A DNA stretch of 32,000 nt. It comes from Candidatus Iainarchaeum sp. (GTDB lineage Archaea; Iainarchaeota; Iainarchaeia; Iainarchaeales; JAZDEL01). Below are positions 17,196-25,823 of this stretch, in pieces. Under the pieces are notes generated by a model. That model was not told the DNA's origin. It searched no databases and saw only the letters and a program-made list of their open reading frames with translations. Position numbers and translations under genes: made by a program. Within the stretch, counting starts at the first letter, position 1, and the number at the start of each line of letters is the position of its first letter. The DNA lies in NCBI GenBank assembly GCA_043808785.1, contig JAZDEL010000009.1, positions 1 to 32,000 on the forward strand. Direction: 5' to 3'.

Positions 17196-19952
17196 ATGGG
17201 CACGGACTACAACAAAATCGCGCAGAAATGGCAGAAGCGCTGGGCAGGCGCAAGGCTTTTCGCCGCAAAGGACGGCAAGGGCAAGAAATATTACATCCTT
17301 GAAATGTTCCCATACCCCTCGGGAAAACTGCACATAGGGCATGTCAGGAATTATTCAATCGGCGATTCTTATGCACGCTACAAGCGCATGCAGGGCTTCA
17401 ATGTGATTTACCCCATGGGCTACGACGCCCTGGGCCTGCCTGCGGAGAACGCGGCAATAAAGGGCGGCGTGAATCCCGAAGAGTGGACATGGGCAAGGAT
17501 AAGGGAGATGCGCTCCCAGCAGGAGCAGCTGGGCTTCTCCTATGATTGGGCGAGGGCATTCGCAACCTGCGAACCCGCCTATTACAAATGGAACCAGTGG
17601 ATTTTCCTGCAGTTCCTGAAAAAGGGGCTTGCATACCGCAAAGGCGCGAAAGTGAACTGGTGCGCGAAGTGCGGAACCGTGCTCGCGAACGAACAAGTCG
17701 AGGAGGGGAAATGCTGGCGCTGCAAGGGCACGGTGGATGAACGCGAACTTGAGCAGTGGTTCCTGAAAATTACGGCATACGCGGATGAACTGCTCCGTGA
17801 TTTGGAAAAACTGGAGCACTGGCCGCAGCGCGTAAGGACAATGCAGAAGAACTGGATAGGGAAGAGCAAGGGAACGGAGGTTTTCTTTGCGATTGCAGGC
17901 ACAAACAAAAAAATTTCCACTTTCACAACCCGCCCCGATACATTGTTCGGCATGACGTTTGCCGCAATCGCTCCCGAGCACCCGCTTGTTGAGGAACTTG
18001 TGAAGGGAACCCCGCGGGAGGGCGACGTTAAACTTTTCGTGCGTGAAGTGAAACAGCAGAGCATTGCCGACCGCACTGATGAATCAAAGGAAAAGCAGGG
18101 CGTTTTCACAGGGCGCCTGCTTGTTAACCCCGTTAACGGCGCGGAAGTGCCGCTCTTTGTCGCGAACTTTGCCGTTATGGAGTATGGCACAGGCATCGTG
18201 ATGTGCGTACCCGCGCACGACCAGCGCGATTTCGAATTCGCGAAGAAATACGATTTGCCGATAAAGGTTGTGATAACACCGGAGGGCAAGGAACTGAGCG
18301 CTGGCGGGCAGGGTGCAGGGGAACCGAATGCGGACGGAATGGAGCGCGCTTACGTTGATGAAGGCGTGCTTGTGAACTCGGCGCAGTTTAATGGCGCAGG
18401 CAATATTGATGCTATTGAAAAAATCTCCGACTGGCTGGTTAAGGGCGGCAAGGCGAAGTGCGCGACATATTACAAACTGCGCGACTGGCTGATTTCGAGG
18501 CAGCGCTACTGGGGCACGCCGATACCGGTGATTTACTGCCCAAAATGCGGAATGGTTCCCGTGCCTGAAAAGGAACTGCCCGTGCTCCTGCCGAAGGGGG
18601 CGAAGTTTACGGGCGAAGGGAACCCGCTCGAGGGCGTTGGAAGTTTCGTTAACGCGAAATGCCCCAAGTGCAAGGGAAAGGCGCGCAGGGAAACGGATAC
18701 GATGGACACCTTCTTCGATTCAAGCTGGTATTTCCTCAGGTATTGCTCGCCGAAGGAAACCAAACTGCCGTTCTCGAAAAAGGCTGCCTCATACTGGATG
18801 CCTGTCGACCAGTACATCGGCGGAATCGAGCATGCGATAATGCACCTGCTTTACGCGCGGTTTTTCACAAAGGCGCTGCGCGACCTGAAACTGCTGAACT
18901 TCGGCGAACCCTTTGCGCGTTTGCTTACCCAAGGCATGGTTTTGAAAGGCGGCAAAGTGATGAGCAAATCCCTCGGGAATGTTGTTGACCCCGGCACAAT
19001 TATGGGCAGGTTCGGGCCGGACACGATGCGCTTGTTCATCCTTTCTGTTGCCTCGCCCGAAAAGGAACTCGAGTGGAGCGACAAGGGCGCGGAATTGACG
19101 CACAAATTCCTGGACAAATTCTTTGCGCTGGTTCAGGATAATAAGAAAGCGGCAGCGAAGCCCGCCAAGATTGGCGCCAAGCCCCTATCCTCCCGCGACA
19201 GGCTGATGCTCAGCAAAATCAACCGCACAATCCTGCGCGTTACGGAAGCGATAGAGGAATTCAGGCTGAACTTTGCGATTAATGCTGTTGTTGAATTGGT
19301 GAATGCGCTGCACAAGTATGCCGAGGAAGGGGGGGCAAAGCAATCGCCGCAAACCAGTGCAGTCCTTGGCACTGGCATTCGCACTTCCGTGCTTCTCCTC
19401 TCCCCCTTCGCCCCGCATACCTGCGAGGAACTCTGGGAAATTGCGGGGGGAAAAGGCTTTGCCTCCACAGCGCCCTGGCCAAAGTGCGACAAAAAAATGA
19501 TTGATGAGAAAGCGGAGCAGGCAGCGGATTTTGTGGATGCCGTTGTCGCGGACATCGAGGCAATCAAGGGCATAGCGAACATCCCCGTGCCTAAAAAGAT
19601 TGTGCTCTACACCTGCCCCGCGTGGAAGTGGAAGGCGATGGAGCAGGTTGTGAAAGTCTGCGTGCCGAAGCCCGATGTCGGCGCTGCAATGAAGGCAGTG
19701 ATGGGCGATGCGGAACTGCGCAAGTACGGAAAGGAGGCGCAGGTCTGCGTTAACGCGTTCGTGAAGCGCGCGCCTGAGTACAGGGGCGTGAAGAAGATTG
19801 ACGAACTCGCCGCCCTTAGGGAAGCTGCGGAAGCACTGAAGCAGAGGTTCGGCTGCGAGGTTCTCATCGAGCGCGCGGACGTGTGCTCATGCGACCCAGC
19901 GGGAAAGGCGAAGAACGCGCTCCCTTTGAAGCCCGCGATTTATGTCGAGTGA
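17196..19952 (+). CDS. leuS: Leucyl-tRNA synthetase, archaeal type
   Basis: HIGH ([10 protein letters not shown]), VMSKS, CP1 editing domain. The track ORF starts at GTG 17172. ATG 17196 fits the TATA-like ggaataaaaacc at about 17152-17162. Confidence 0.95.
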   Translation: MGTDYNKIAQKWQKRWAGARLFAAKDGKGKKYYILEMFPYPSGKLHIGHVRNYSIGDSYARYKRMQGFNVIYPMGYDALGLPAENAAIKGGVNPEEWTWARIREMRSQQEQLGFSYDWARAFATCEPAYYKWNQWIFLQFLKKGLAYRKGAKVNWCAKCGTVLANEQVEEGKCWRCKGTVDERELEQWFLKITAYADELLRDLEKLEHWPQRVRTMQKNWIGKSKGTEVFFAIAGTNKKISTFTTRPDTLFGMTFAAIAPEHPLVEELVKGTPREGDVKLFVREVKQQSIADRTDESKEKQGVFTGRLLVNPVNGAEVPLFVANFAVMEYGTGIVMCVPAHDQRDFEFAKKYDLPIKVVITPEGKELSAGGQGAGEPNADGMERAYVDEGVLVNSAQFNGAGNIDAIEKISDWLVKGGKAKCATYYKLRDWLISRQRYWGTPIPVIYCPKCGMVPVPEKELPVLLPKGAKFTGEGNPLEGVGSFVNAKCPKCKGKARRETDTMDTFFDSSWYFLRYCSPKETKLPFSKKAASYWMPVDQYIGGIEHAIMHLLYARFFTKALRDLKLLNFGEPFARLLTQGMVLKGGKVMSKSLGNVVDPGTIMGRFGPDTMRLFILSVASPEKELEWSDKGAELTHKFLDKFFALVQDNKKAAAKPAKIGAKPLSSRDRLMLSKINRTILRVTEAIEEFRLNFAINAVVELVNALHKYAEEGGAKQSPQTSAVLGTGIRTSVLLLSPFAPHTCEELWEIAGGKGFASTAPWPKCDKKMIDEKAEQAADFVDAVVADIEAIKGIANIPVPKKIVLYTCPAWKWKAMEQVVKVCVPKPDVGAAMKAVMGDAELRKYGKEAQVCVNAFVKRAPEYRGVKKIDELAALREAAEALKQRFGCEVLIERADVCSCDPAGKAKNALPLKPAIYVE

Positions 19953-20018
19953 AGTTGCGGGCGTCCTTGTGTTGCTGAACAGATATTCTTTTATATTCGG
20001 GCACACCTAATTATAGTC

Positions 20019-20168
20019 ATGTACGCAAAGACCCGCACTATTGGGAAGCCTTATTCCAAAGGGCAGATTAGGGAAATAAAGAGGCTTTTTGCCATTCTTA
20101 AGAAGGCAAGGCATTCGGATAGCGTTAACGCCTACACCAGGAATCTTATTGCCGGCCTTAAAGCTTAG
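20019..20168 (+). CDS. Small ORF (49 aa), possibly a ribbon-helix-helix-like antitoxin candidate
   Basis: Not in the track because it is under 60 aa. Sequence: MYAKTRTIGKPYSKGQIREIKRLFAILKKARHSDSVNAYTRNLIAGLKA. TATA-like cttttatattc lies about 25 nt upstream. The 3' end overlaps the convergent PIN gene by 11 nt. The beta-alpha-alpha layout is only inferred. Confidence 0.3.
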   Translation: MYAKTRTIGKPYSKGQIREIKRLFAILKKARHSDSVNAYTRNLIAGLKA

Positions 20169-20644
20169 CCAATTCTTCTATTTTGATGAATTTCGGCGTT
20201 TCAAGGTCTTTTTGCCTGTTGACTTCTTTATATGCCTGCAAGGCTTTCCTTGATTTCATTGTTCTCTCGTCTTCCGAGACAATAATATCGAGCCTGTGGA
20301 TTGTTGCAATAGCCACTATTATAAAGTCGGGCATCATTTTTCTTTTTGCGGTTCCGCCCCTGTACGCCCGCCAGTATTCTTCCGCAAGCGTTTCCGCAAG
20401 GCTTTCGACGGGATAGCTGTGGTTTTTTGTGATTCTGTCGTATATTGAAATCAGCGTCTGCCTGTAGTTATGCCCTTCGACTGCGATTGTTTTCGGTATT
20501 TCCCTCAGTTCGTCCCTTATCGTTTTTGCATCCGTAAATAACAAGACGGCTCGATTCGATTAACTTCAATATCTGTTGCAGGTCTTTCCTGTACAAAATC
20601 TCGTAAGTGTTCGTGTCGAGCATCGCCCTCAATGGTTGGTTCAT
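20158..20644 (-). pseudogene. PIN-domain (VapC-like) nuclease gene split by a 1-nt frameshift at an A5 run
   Basis: The frame from ATG 20644 gives MNQPLRAMLDTNTYEILY...LVIYGCK (first PIN acidic motif) and stops at 20468. The track ORF 20158..20544 supplies the rest, including DFIIVAIATIHRLDIIVSEDE. Deleting one A from the coding-strand A5 run (20523-20527) fuses them into a 161-aa PIN protein. Confidence 0.6.
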
Positions 20645-20679
20645 GATATTATAGGGCCAAGAAAAGAATAAAAGCCCGC

Positions 20680-21447
20680 CTATTTTTCGCCAGCCGAATT
20701 TGCTGCAAGTTCCGTTTTTCCTTGCTCCATCTCGAGCATTTTTTTGAATATCCTGACCACATCCGCATATTTTGCCTTGCTGGGGAGTGCTGAGGCGACC
20801 ACATTCGGATTTTCTGCAACAATTCTTCGTATAGTCGCCCTTTTTGTTTTGGATTTTGGCGCTGCATCGAATATTGCGAAAGCCAGCATGCGCCCGATAA
20901 TATGCCTTGCAGCATCCTTATTCGGAATGGGTGCGACACCCTTCTCTTTTGAGAATTTCTCAATAACTTCGAGAACTGGCTTGTCGTTTTGAATATTTAA
21001 ATACTCGTAGTATCTGTTGTGAAGTCTTGCTTCCTTCAATAATAGCGCCTCTATAGCATAGCTGTCTGCGACTGTCGCGGAAGCAATATCGTCAATATTG
21101 CTGAGGCGAAGATGTCGTTTGTAATCACGCGGCCCATATTGCATTTTTAGGATTTCCCCCCTTTTTTTTGAATATGCGGCATGCCCCGTCTCATGTGCAA
21201 TCACATATTCGGGCATATTTTTCTTTAACAAGTAAATGGTTCGTTTTGTCTTCTTGTTGGGGTTGCGACTATTTATTATCTCCATGTTTCCAATAGAATT
21301 TGACGGCAAATCCTTTATAACTTTTCCAAGGCTTTCCTTGGTTGTGACGTGCACTTTCACGCCAAGCGGCCCTGTGCCGAGTTCATTCTGGATTTGCTTT
21401 TTCATTCTCTTGTAATAGCGTCTCAGCGGTTTTGGGAAATGAGCCAT
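20680..21447 (-). CDS. HExxH-motif protein, putative Zn-metallopeptidase-like with ImmA/IrrE-like motif context
   Basis: 255 aa with YVIAHETGHAAY. The start is 2 nt after the argS stop codon on the same strand. AT-richer than its neighbours. Confidence 0.65.
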   Translation of the reverse strand: MAHFPKPLRRYYKRMKKQIQNELGTGPLGVKVHVTTKESLGKVIKDLPSNSIGNMEIINSRNPNKKTKRTIYLLKKNMPEYVIAHETGHAAYSKKRGEILKMQYGPRDYKRHLRLSNIDDIASATVADSYAIEALLLKEARLHNRYYEYLNIQNDKPVLEVIEKFSKEKGVAPIPNKDAARHIIGRMLAFAIFDAAPKSKTKRATIRRIVAENPNVVASALPSKAKYADVVRIFKKMLEMEQGKTELAANSAGEK

Positions 21448-21449
21448 CC

Positions 21450-23237
21450 CTACATCTCCTCAAGCGCCTCAATCCCAAGCAGCGTCAGCCCGTTTTCAAG
21501 CACGATTGTGCCCGCCTTAACAAGCCCAAGCCTTGCGGCGCGCAGTTCGGGCCTTTCCGCGTTAAGCACCGGCACTTTCTGGTAAAATGAGTTGAACGCG
21601 GCGGCAACCTTAAGCATGTGCTGCGCCATTATGTGCGGCGCGCAGTGCTCGGCGCTTTGCCCGACTGCCTGCCCGAAACCCGCAAGCGCGCTGACGAGGT
21701 TTTTTTCCTGTTCCTCTGTGAGTAAGCCATAATCCGTTTTCCTTGCGGAAAATTTGGATTTTTTGCCCGCTGCGGTGCCTTTCCCTTCACCCTTCGCCTT
21801 CCTCAGTATGCTGCGCGCGCGCGCATACGCATACTGCACATAAGGCCCGGTCTCGCCCTCAAGTTCCGTGGCGCGCTCCCAGTTGAATATTATGACTTTC
21901 TGGTTCTCCCTGCTAACCATTGCAAACTTTATTGAGGAAAGCGCAATCGCTTTTGCGGTTTTCTCGGACTTTGCTTTCGCCCAATCCTTGTGCCTTTTCC
22001 CCACTTCCCCCATGCACTTGCCCATGACCTTGTTCAGCAGTTCGCTGTATGTTATCACATTCCCTTCCCTCGAGCCCATCTTGCCGCCCTCGAGCATTAC
22101 AAGCTCGTATGAGATATGCCTTGTTTTTTTTGCCTGCGGCAAACCAATAAGTTCAAAGGTTTTTATCAGCTGCCTGAAATAGAAATTCTGCTCCGCCCCC
22201 ACAACATGGTATGAGCGGCCGAATTTGTATTCTTTCGTTTTCAATCGTATAAGCCCCAAATCCTTCGCTGAGTAAAGCGGCATCCCGTCCTGCTTCAGCA
22301 GGACAAAGACGCCGAGCCCCTCTTTCTTCAGGTCGATTATTACCGCACCTTCGCTCTCCTCCGCAATCCCCTTTTTCAGCAGTTCGCGCGCAGCGGAAAT
22401 GCCGGGCTTCTCCACCTCGCTCTCGAAATAGAGGCGGTTGAATTTCACGCCGAAATCCTTGTATATGCGGTCGAACTCATCAAGGCTCCATTTGCGGGTT
22501 TTTTTCCAGAGCGCGAGGAGTTTTTTGTTCTTGCCATCATGCAGTTCCTTTACAAGGTCGCGCATTTTCTGCTCAAGTTCCTCGTTCCCTTTTACCTTCT
22601 TGCTCGCCTCGGCATAAACCTTCCCTAACCATTCCCCTTTGTTCACGCCCCTGCCTTTCGGTTCCTTCCCATTGTGCAGTTCCAAAAACCCCCAAAGGGT
22701 TTTGGAAACATGCGGTCCCACATCGCCCTCATAATTCACGCGCAGGACCTTGTAGCCCGAAAACTCCAGCAGCCTGCACAGCGCCTCCCCGAATGAAATG
22801 TTCCTTACATGCCCGATATGGAAAGCCTTGTGCGTGTTGGACTCACAAAATTCAACCATTACTGTTTCATTCTTCCCCGAACCGCTGCCGTATTTTTTCC
22901 CCTCCGCAAGCACCTGTTCAACAGTGCTCTCGGCAAGCCCTGCCCTGCTCACGAAGAAGTTTATGTAACCCCCGACAACGCTGACAGTGTCGAGCTCGGC
23001 CATTGCCTCCGTGCTTTTGTTCACGCCCTCGGCAAGCTCCTGCGCGATTTTCTTCGGGTCCTTTTTCAGCGCTCCCGCAAGCTTGAAGCAGGGGAAGGCA
23101 TAATCCCCCAACTCGCGGGATGGCGGCACCTCTATCAGCGCCTCTATGTGCGCATCTGAAAAGCCCTTTGCGCCCATAGAGAGGAGCGCGGAATGCACGG
23201 CCTTTGCAACCTTTGCCTTGAAATCCCCCGCAGGCAT
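21450..23237 (-). CDS. argS: Arginyl-tRNA synthetase
   Basis: 595 aa. HIGH-type motif (KAFHIGHVRN), GKMGSREG, a DALR-like anticodon-binding C-terminus, and the typical terminal Met. Confidence 0.95.
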   Translation of the reverse strand: MPAGDFKAKVAKAVHSALLSMGAKGFSDAHIEALIEVPPSRELGDYAFPCFKLAGALKKDPKKIAQELAEGVNKSTEAMAELDTVSVVGGYINFFVSRAGLAESTVEQVLAEGKKYGSGSGKNETVMVEFCESNTHKAFHIGHVRNISFGEALCRLLEFSGYKVLRVNYEGDVGPHVSKTLWGFLELHNGKEPKGRGVNKGEWLGKVYAEASKKVKGNEELEQKMRDLVKELHDGKNKKLLALWKKTRKWSLDEFDRIYKDFGVKFNRLYFESEVEKPGISAARELLKKGIAEESEGAVIIDLKKEGLGVFVLLKQDGMPLYSAKDLGLIRLKTKEYKFGRSYHVVGAEQNFYFRQLIKTFELIGLPQAKKTRHISYELVMLEGGKMGSREGNVITYSELLNKVMGKCMGEVGKRHKDWAKAKSEKTAKAIALSSIKFAMVSRENQKVIIFNWERATELEGETGPYVQYAYARARSILRKAKGEGKGTAAGKKSKFSARKTDYGLLTEEQEKNLVSALAGFGQAVGQSAEHCAPHIMAQHMLKVAAAFNSFYQKVPVLNAERPELRAARLGLVKAGTIVLENGLTLLGIEALEEM

Positions 23238-23253
23238 ATCCTAAATTAAAACA

Positions 23254-23290
23254 CGCAACTGCTTAAAGTTCTTTTCTTTTGGCGGTTAGG
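23254..23290. repeat. Direct repeat copy 1, covering the 3' end of methyltransferase paralog A
   Basis: cgcaactgcttaaagttcttttcttttggcg (31 nt) is identical to 23935-23965. After a 1-nt indel, 5 more nt match. Confidence 0.9.
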
Positions 23291-23919
23291 ATTACATATT
23301 TGGTTCCGCCTGCAACATCCGTTTCGGCCTTAACTTCAAACCCCCTCTCGCGGAGAAGCCGTATTATCTCCTTGAAATCCACCCGCTGGGTGTATGACAT
23401 TTTCAGCCTTTTTTCATCCAGTTTGCTCCCTGCCATCTCCGTGCGGAATTTGTCAAATGGAATTTTAAGCCTGTCGATAATCAGCAGCGCATTAGTCCTG
23501 CCCGCGATATCAGCTACCGTCTGTAGCCTCTCCTCAGGCCATATGTGCGCTAGGACTTCATTTGCAACAATAATGTCCGCCTTAATGCGGCGAAGTAATG
23601 GCAAATTCCTGATGTTGCCGGAAATAATCTTTGAACCTTTGGCATGGCCGCCTTTTTTTATCCTTGCTGCAAGCGCTGGGCTGCCCTCCACATAAATTTT
23701 TTCTTTGAAGGGGTGATACTGCAGCACAGGAATAAGTGCCGGCCCTATCTCTATGGCGGTGCTCCTTTCCGGGTTTGGAACGAGGCTTTTTATTTTTTCG
23801 CTTATTTTTGGGAGATTTTCCCATGCCGAGGTCAGGTATGTGCGGAATGGCTGCTCCCCCTTTCTGTAATAATATGTGCTGAAAAACTTCCAGCCCTTTT
23901 TCGGGGTTCTTCCCATCAT
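23263..23919 (-). CDS. Class I SAM-dependent methyltransferase-like protein, paralog A
   Basis: 218 aa. Motif I-like AIEIGPA, YVEGS, GNIRNLP, IIVANEVLAHIWP. Clear paralog of 24837..25598, sharing the C-terminus YVILTAKRKEL. Confidence 0.7.
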   Translation of the reverse strand: MMGRTPKKGWKFFSTYYYRKGEQPFRTYLTSAWENLPKISEKIKSLVPNPERSTAIEIGPALIPVLQYHPFKEKIYVEGSPALAARIKKGGHAKGSKIISGNIRNLPLLRRIKADIIVANEVLAHIWPEERLQTVADIAGRTNALLIIDRLKIPFDKFRTEMAGSKLDEKRLKMSYTQRVDFKEIIRLLRERGFEVKAETDVAGGTKYVILTAKRKEL

Positions 23920-23934
23920 ACCTTAACTGAGGCG

Positions 23935-23970
23935 CGCAACTGCTTAAAGTTCTTTTCTTTTGGCGTTAGG
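23935..23970. repeat. Direct repeat copy 2: an orphan remnant of a methyltransferase 3' end just upstream of paralog A
   Basis: Same 31-mer as 23254-23284. On the minus strand it encodes a frameshifted remnant of ...LTAKRKEL*. Confidence 0.9.
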
Positions 23971-24072
23971 GAAATGCCCGCCTTTCTTTTCGCGCACGCT
24001 GTTTTTGTCCTCATAGTTATGTATATTCATTAATAACATACCATTAAATACTTTTTCAGCGTTTATGTAACC

Positions 24073-24357
24073 ATGCAAACGCAGGCAAAAACCACTATGA
24101 GCTTTTCCGCGGAACCCGAGTTTGTGCGGACCGTGGAGAAAATAGCCCTCTCCACAGGGCTCTACAACTCGAAGAGCGAGTTCCTTAGGGACGCGGCAAG
24201 GCAGAGGCTCGTGCAGCTGATGGGGCTCGAGGAATCGCGTAAGAGGATAAGGGGGTTCACGCAGGAACTTAGGGCAAAGGCCGGGCCTTACAGGCCGCTC
24301 ACGCGGAAACAGAGGGACGCGCTTGCCATGCGCTATTTTGAGAAAATTCGCAGATGA
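24073..24357 (+). CDS. Ribbon-helix-helix (CopG/MetJ-like) protein, putative antitoxin or regulator
   Basis: 94 aa. TMSFSAEPEFVRTVEKIALSTGLYNSKSEFLRDAARQRL fits the RHH beta-alpha-alpha pattern. An alternative start lies at 24097. The 3' end overlaps the convergent PIN gene by 59 nt. Confidence 0.65.
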   Translation: MQTQAKTTMSFSAEPEFVRTVEKIALSTGLYNSKSEFLRDAARQRLVQLMGLEESRKRIRGFTQELRAKAGPYRPLTRKQRDALAMRYFEKIRR

Positions 24358-24784
24358 ATTCCTCGGGCGTGAGGCAGCGGATGAATTTTTCCGCAGCGGA
24401 AAAATCCCCCTTATTCCAGCTCACGAGAACATCGCATTTTGAATCGAGGGCAAGCGCAAGGTGGAGCGAATCGGCAAAGTGCATGCCTGTTTTCTTCTGG
24501 AGTTTGTCCGCCTCTTTTGATTTGTTCCCCTCGCCCGCCGTTTCAGTTTTCGCGTTATATTTCTTGAGTAGGCCGATTACGTCCGCTTTTCCCAGCGAGA
24601 TTATTTTTTCTATTTCCCCGAAGAACAAATCGGAGAGAACCAGCGTATGGTCGCCTTCGTCACATAAGGACAGGAATGCCTCGCTGTCCTGCGCGAGCAT
24701 CCTGAAGCCGCGCCCGAGTTCCTGCCTTGCGAGGGAAATGAGGACGTTTGAATCTAAATAAATCCTGAGCCGCCGCTTTTGCAT
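24299..24784 (-). CDS. PIN-domain (VapC-like) nuclease
   Basis: 161 aa. IYLDSNVLI (first acidic motif), FGEIEK, DSLHLALALDSKCDVLVSWNKGDF (C-terminal acidic motifs). Confidence 0.75.
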   Translation of the reverse strand: MQKRRLRIYLDSNVLISLARQELGRGFRMLAQDSEAFLSLCDEGDHTLVLSDLFFGEIEKIISLGKADVIGLLKKYNAKTETAGEGNKSKEADKLQKKTGMHFADSLHLALALDSKCDVLVSWNKGDFSAAEKFIRCLTPEEFICEFSQNSAWQARPSVSA

Positions 24785-24816
24785 GGAAAATTAAGGGCAG
24801 GAACATAATAAAAATG

Positions 24817-24832
24817 TTCGTCAATTGACGAA
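24817..24832. promoter_or_regulatory. Perfect 16-bp palindrome, a candidate operator immediately upstream of the TATA-like box of the PIN gene
   Basis: ttcgtcaattgacgaa lies 33-48 nt upstream of the PIN ATG (24784). On the minus strand it is followed by tttttattatg. Confidence 0.5.
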
Positions 24833-24836
24833 TTGA

Positions 24837-25598
24837 TTAAAGTTCCTTTCTTTTTGCCGTAAGGATAACATACCTTTGGCTCCCTTCCTTATCCTCTTCT
24901 GCCCAGACTTCCCAACCGTCATTCTTGAGGTAGTCCCTTATCTCCCTGAAATCCACAAGCCGCGCATATGCAAGCCTGGCATCCGCCAATGGCATGTTTA
25001 TTTTAAATTTATGCAGTTCCAGTTCCGCTTCCGGAACCCTCTTCCCCTTAAGCAGTTCCAAAGCGGCTCTTCCTTCCTCCGCGAGTTTTTCGCGGAATCT
25101 GCGGAATGAAATTGCGGGTCTGTCGATAATCAGCAGGGCATCCGCTCTCTCGGCAATCTCCTTTAATGCAGGAAGCCTCTCGCGCGGCCAGAGGTGGGCA
25201 AATACCTCATTCACGGCAATTATGCCGGCTCTCTGCCTTTTGGTTATTGGCAGATTCCTGATGTCGCCCGCAATAACCCCTGCGCTTTGGCGCACATCCC
25301 CGTATTTTTTTAACTGCGCAGCAATGGCAGGGCTGCCGTCCACGTAAACAGTCCGCTTAAAAGGAATTCCCGATAAAACAGGCGCATCACCCGGGCCTAT
25401 TTCCACCCCAATCCTATTTTCAGGATGCGGAACGAGGGCCCTTATTTTTCCGGAAATATTCAATATCCTTGTTTTATTCGCCCCGTCAATCCCCGGCCTG
25501 AGGTATGTTACGTATGGCTGGCTTACTTCATAAGGGCGCGTACTGAAAAATTTGGCTGCTTTTTTCGGATCCAGCCTCCAGACCTTGATTTTGCCCAT
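24837..25598 (-). CDS. Class I SAM-dependent methyltransferase-like protein, paralog B, with an extra about 35-aa insert
   Basis: 253 aa. GVEIGPGD, YVDGS, GDIRNLP, IIAVNEVFAHLWP. C-terminus YVILTAKRKEL as in paralog A. Confidence 0.7.
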   Translation of the reverse strand: MGKIKVWRLDPKKAAKFFSTRPYEVSQPYVTYLRPGIDGANKTRILNISGKIRALVPHPENRIGVEIGPGDAPVLSGIPFKRTVYVDGSPAIAAQLKKYGDVRQSAGVIAGDIRNLPITKRQRAGIIAVNEVFAHLWPRERLPALKEIAERADALLIIDRPAISFRRFREKLAEEGRAALELLKGKRVPEAELELHKFKINMPLADARLAYARLVDFREIRDYLKNDGWEVWAEEDKEGSQRYVILTAKRKEL

Positions 25599-25646
25599 GC
25601 TAAACCTTCATGCCAGGTGTTTTAAGGTATTGTGAGCACCCCTGAT

Positions 25647-25805
25647 TCATTTGGTTGCAGAGCGCGGGGCTACTGCCCGCATGTATTTTGAAAGCGCCTC
25701 ATCCTCGCTCAGGTATTTCACGCCGTTGCGTTTCATTTCATCTTTTTCTTTTTTGAGCCGCTTAGATACCAGTGCCATCTCTGCTTCTTTTTTTGTCTGC
25801 TTCAT
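25647..25805 (-). CDS. Possible Lys/Glu-rich mini-protein (52 aa)
   Basis: ATG at 25805, 18 nt after the argF stop, on the same strand. Sequence: MKQTKKEAEMALVSKRLKKEKDEMKRNGVKYLSEDEALSKYMRAVAPRSATK. Below the track threshold. Supported only by ORF integrity and position. Confidence 0.3.
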   Translation of the reverse strand: MKQTKKEAEMALVSKRLKKEKDEMKRNGVKYLSEDEALSKYMRAVAPRSATK

Positions 25806-25823
25806 GCTCGCGCCCTCATTTAC

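Noticed and set aside
17355-18289. Minus-strand ORFs of 208 and 235 aa inside leuS
   Set aside because: Antisense shadows of leuS.
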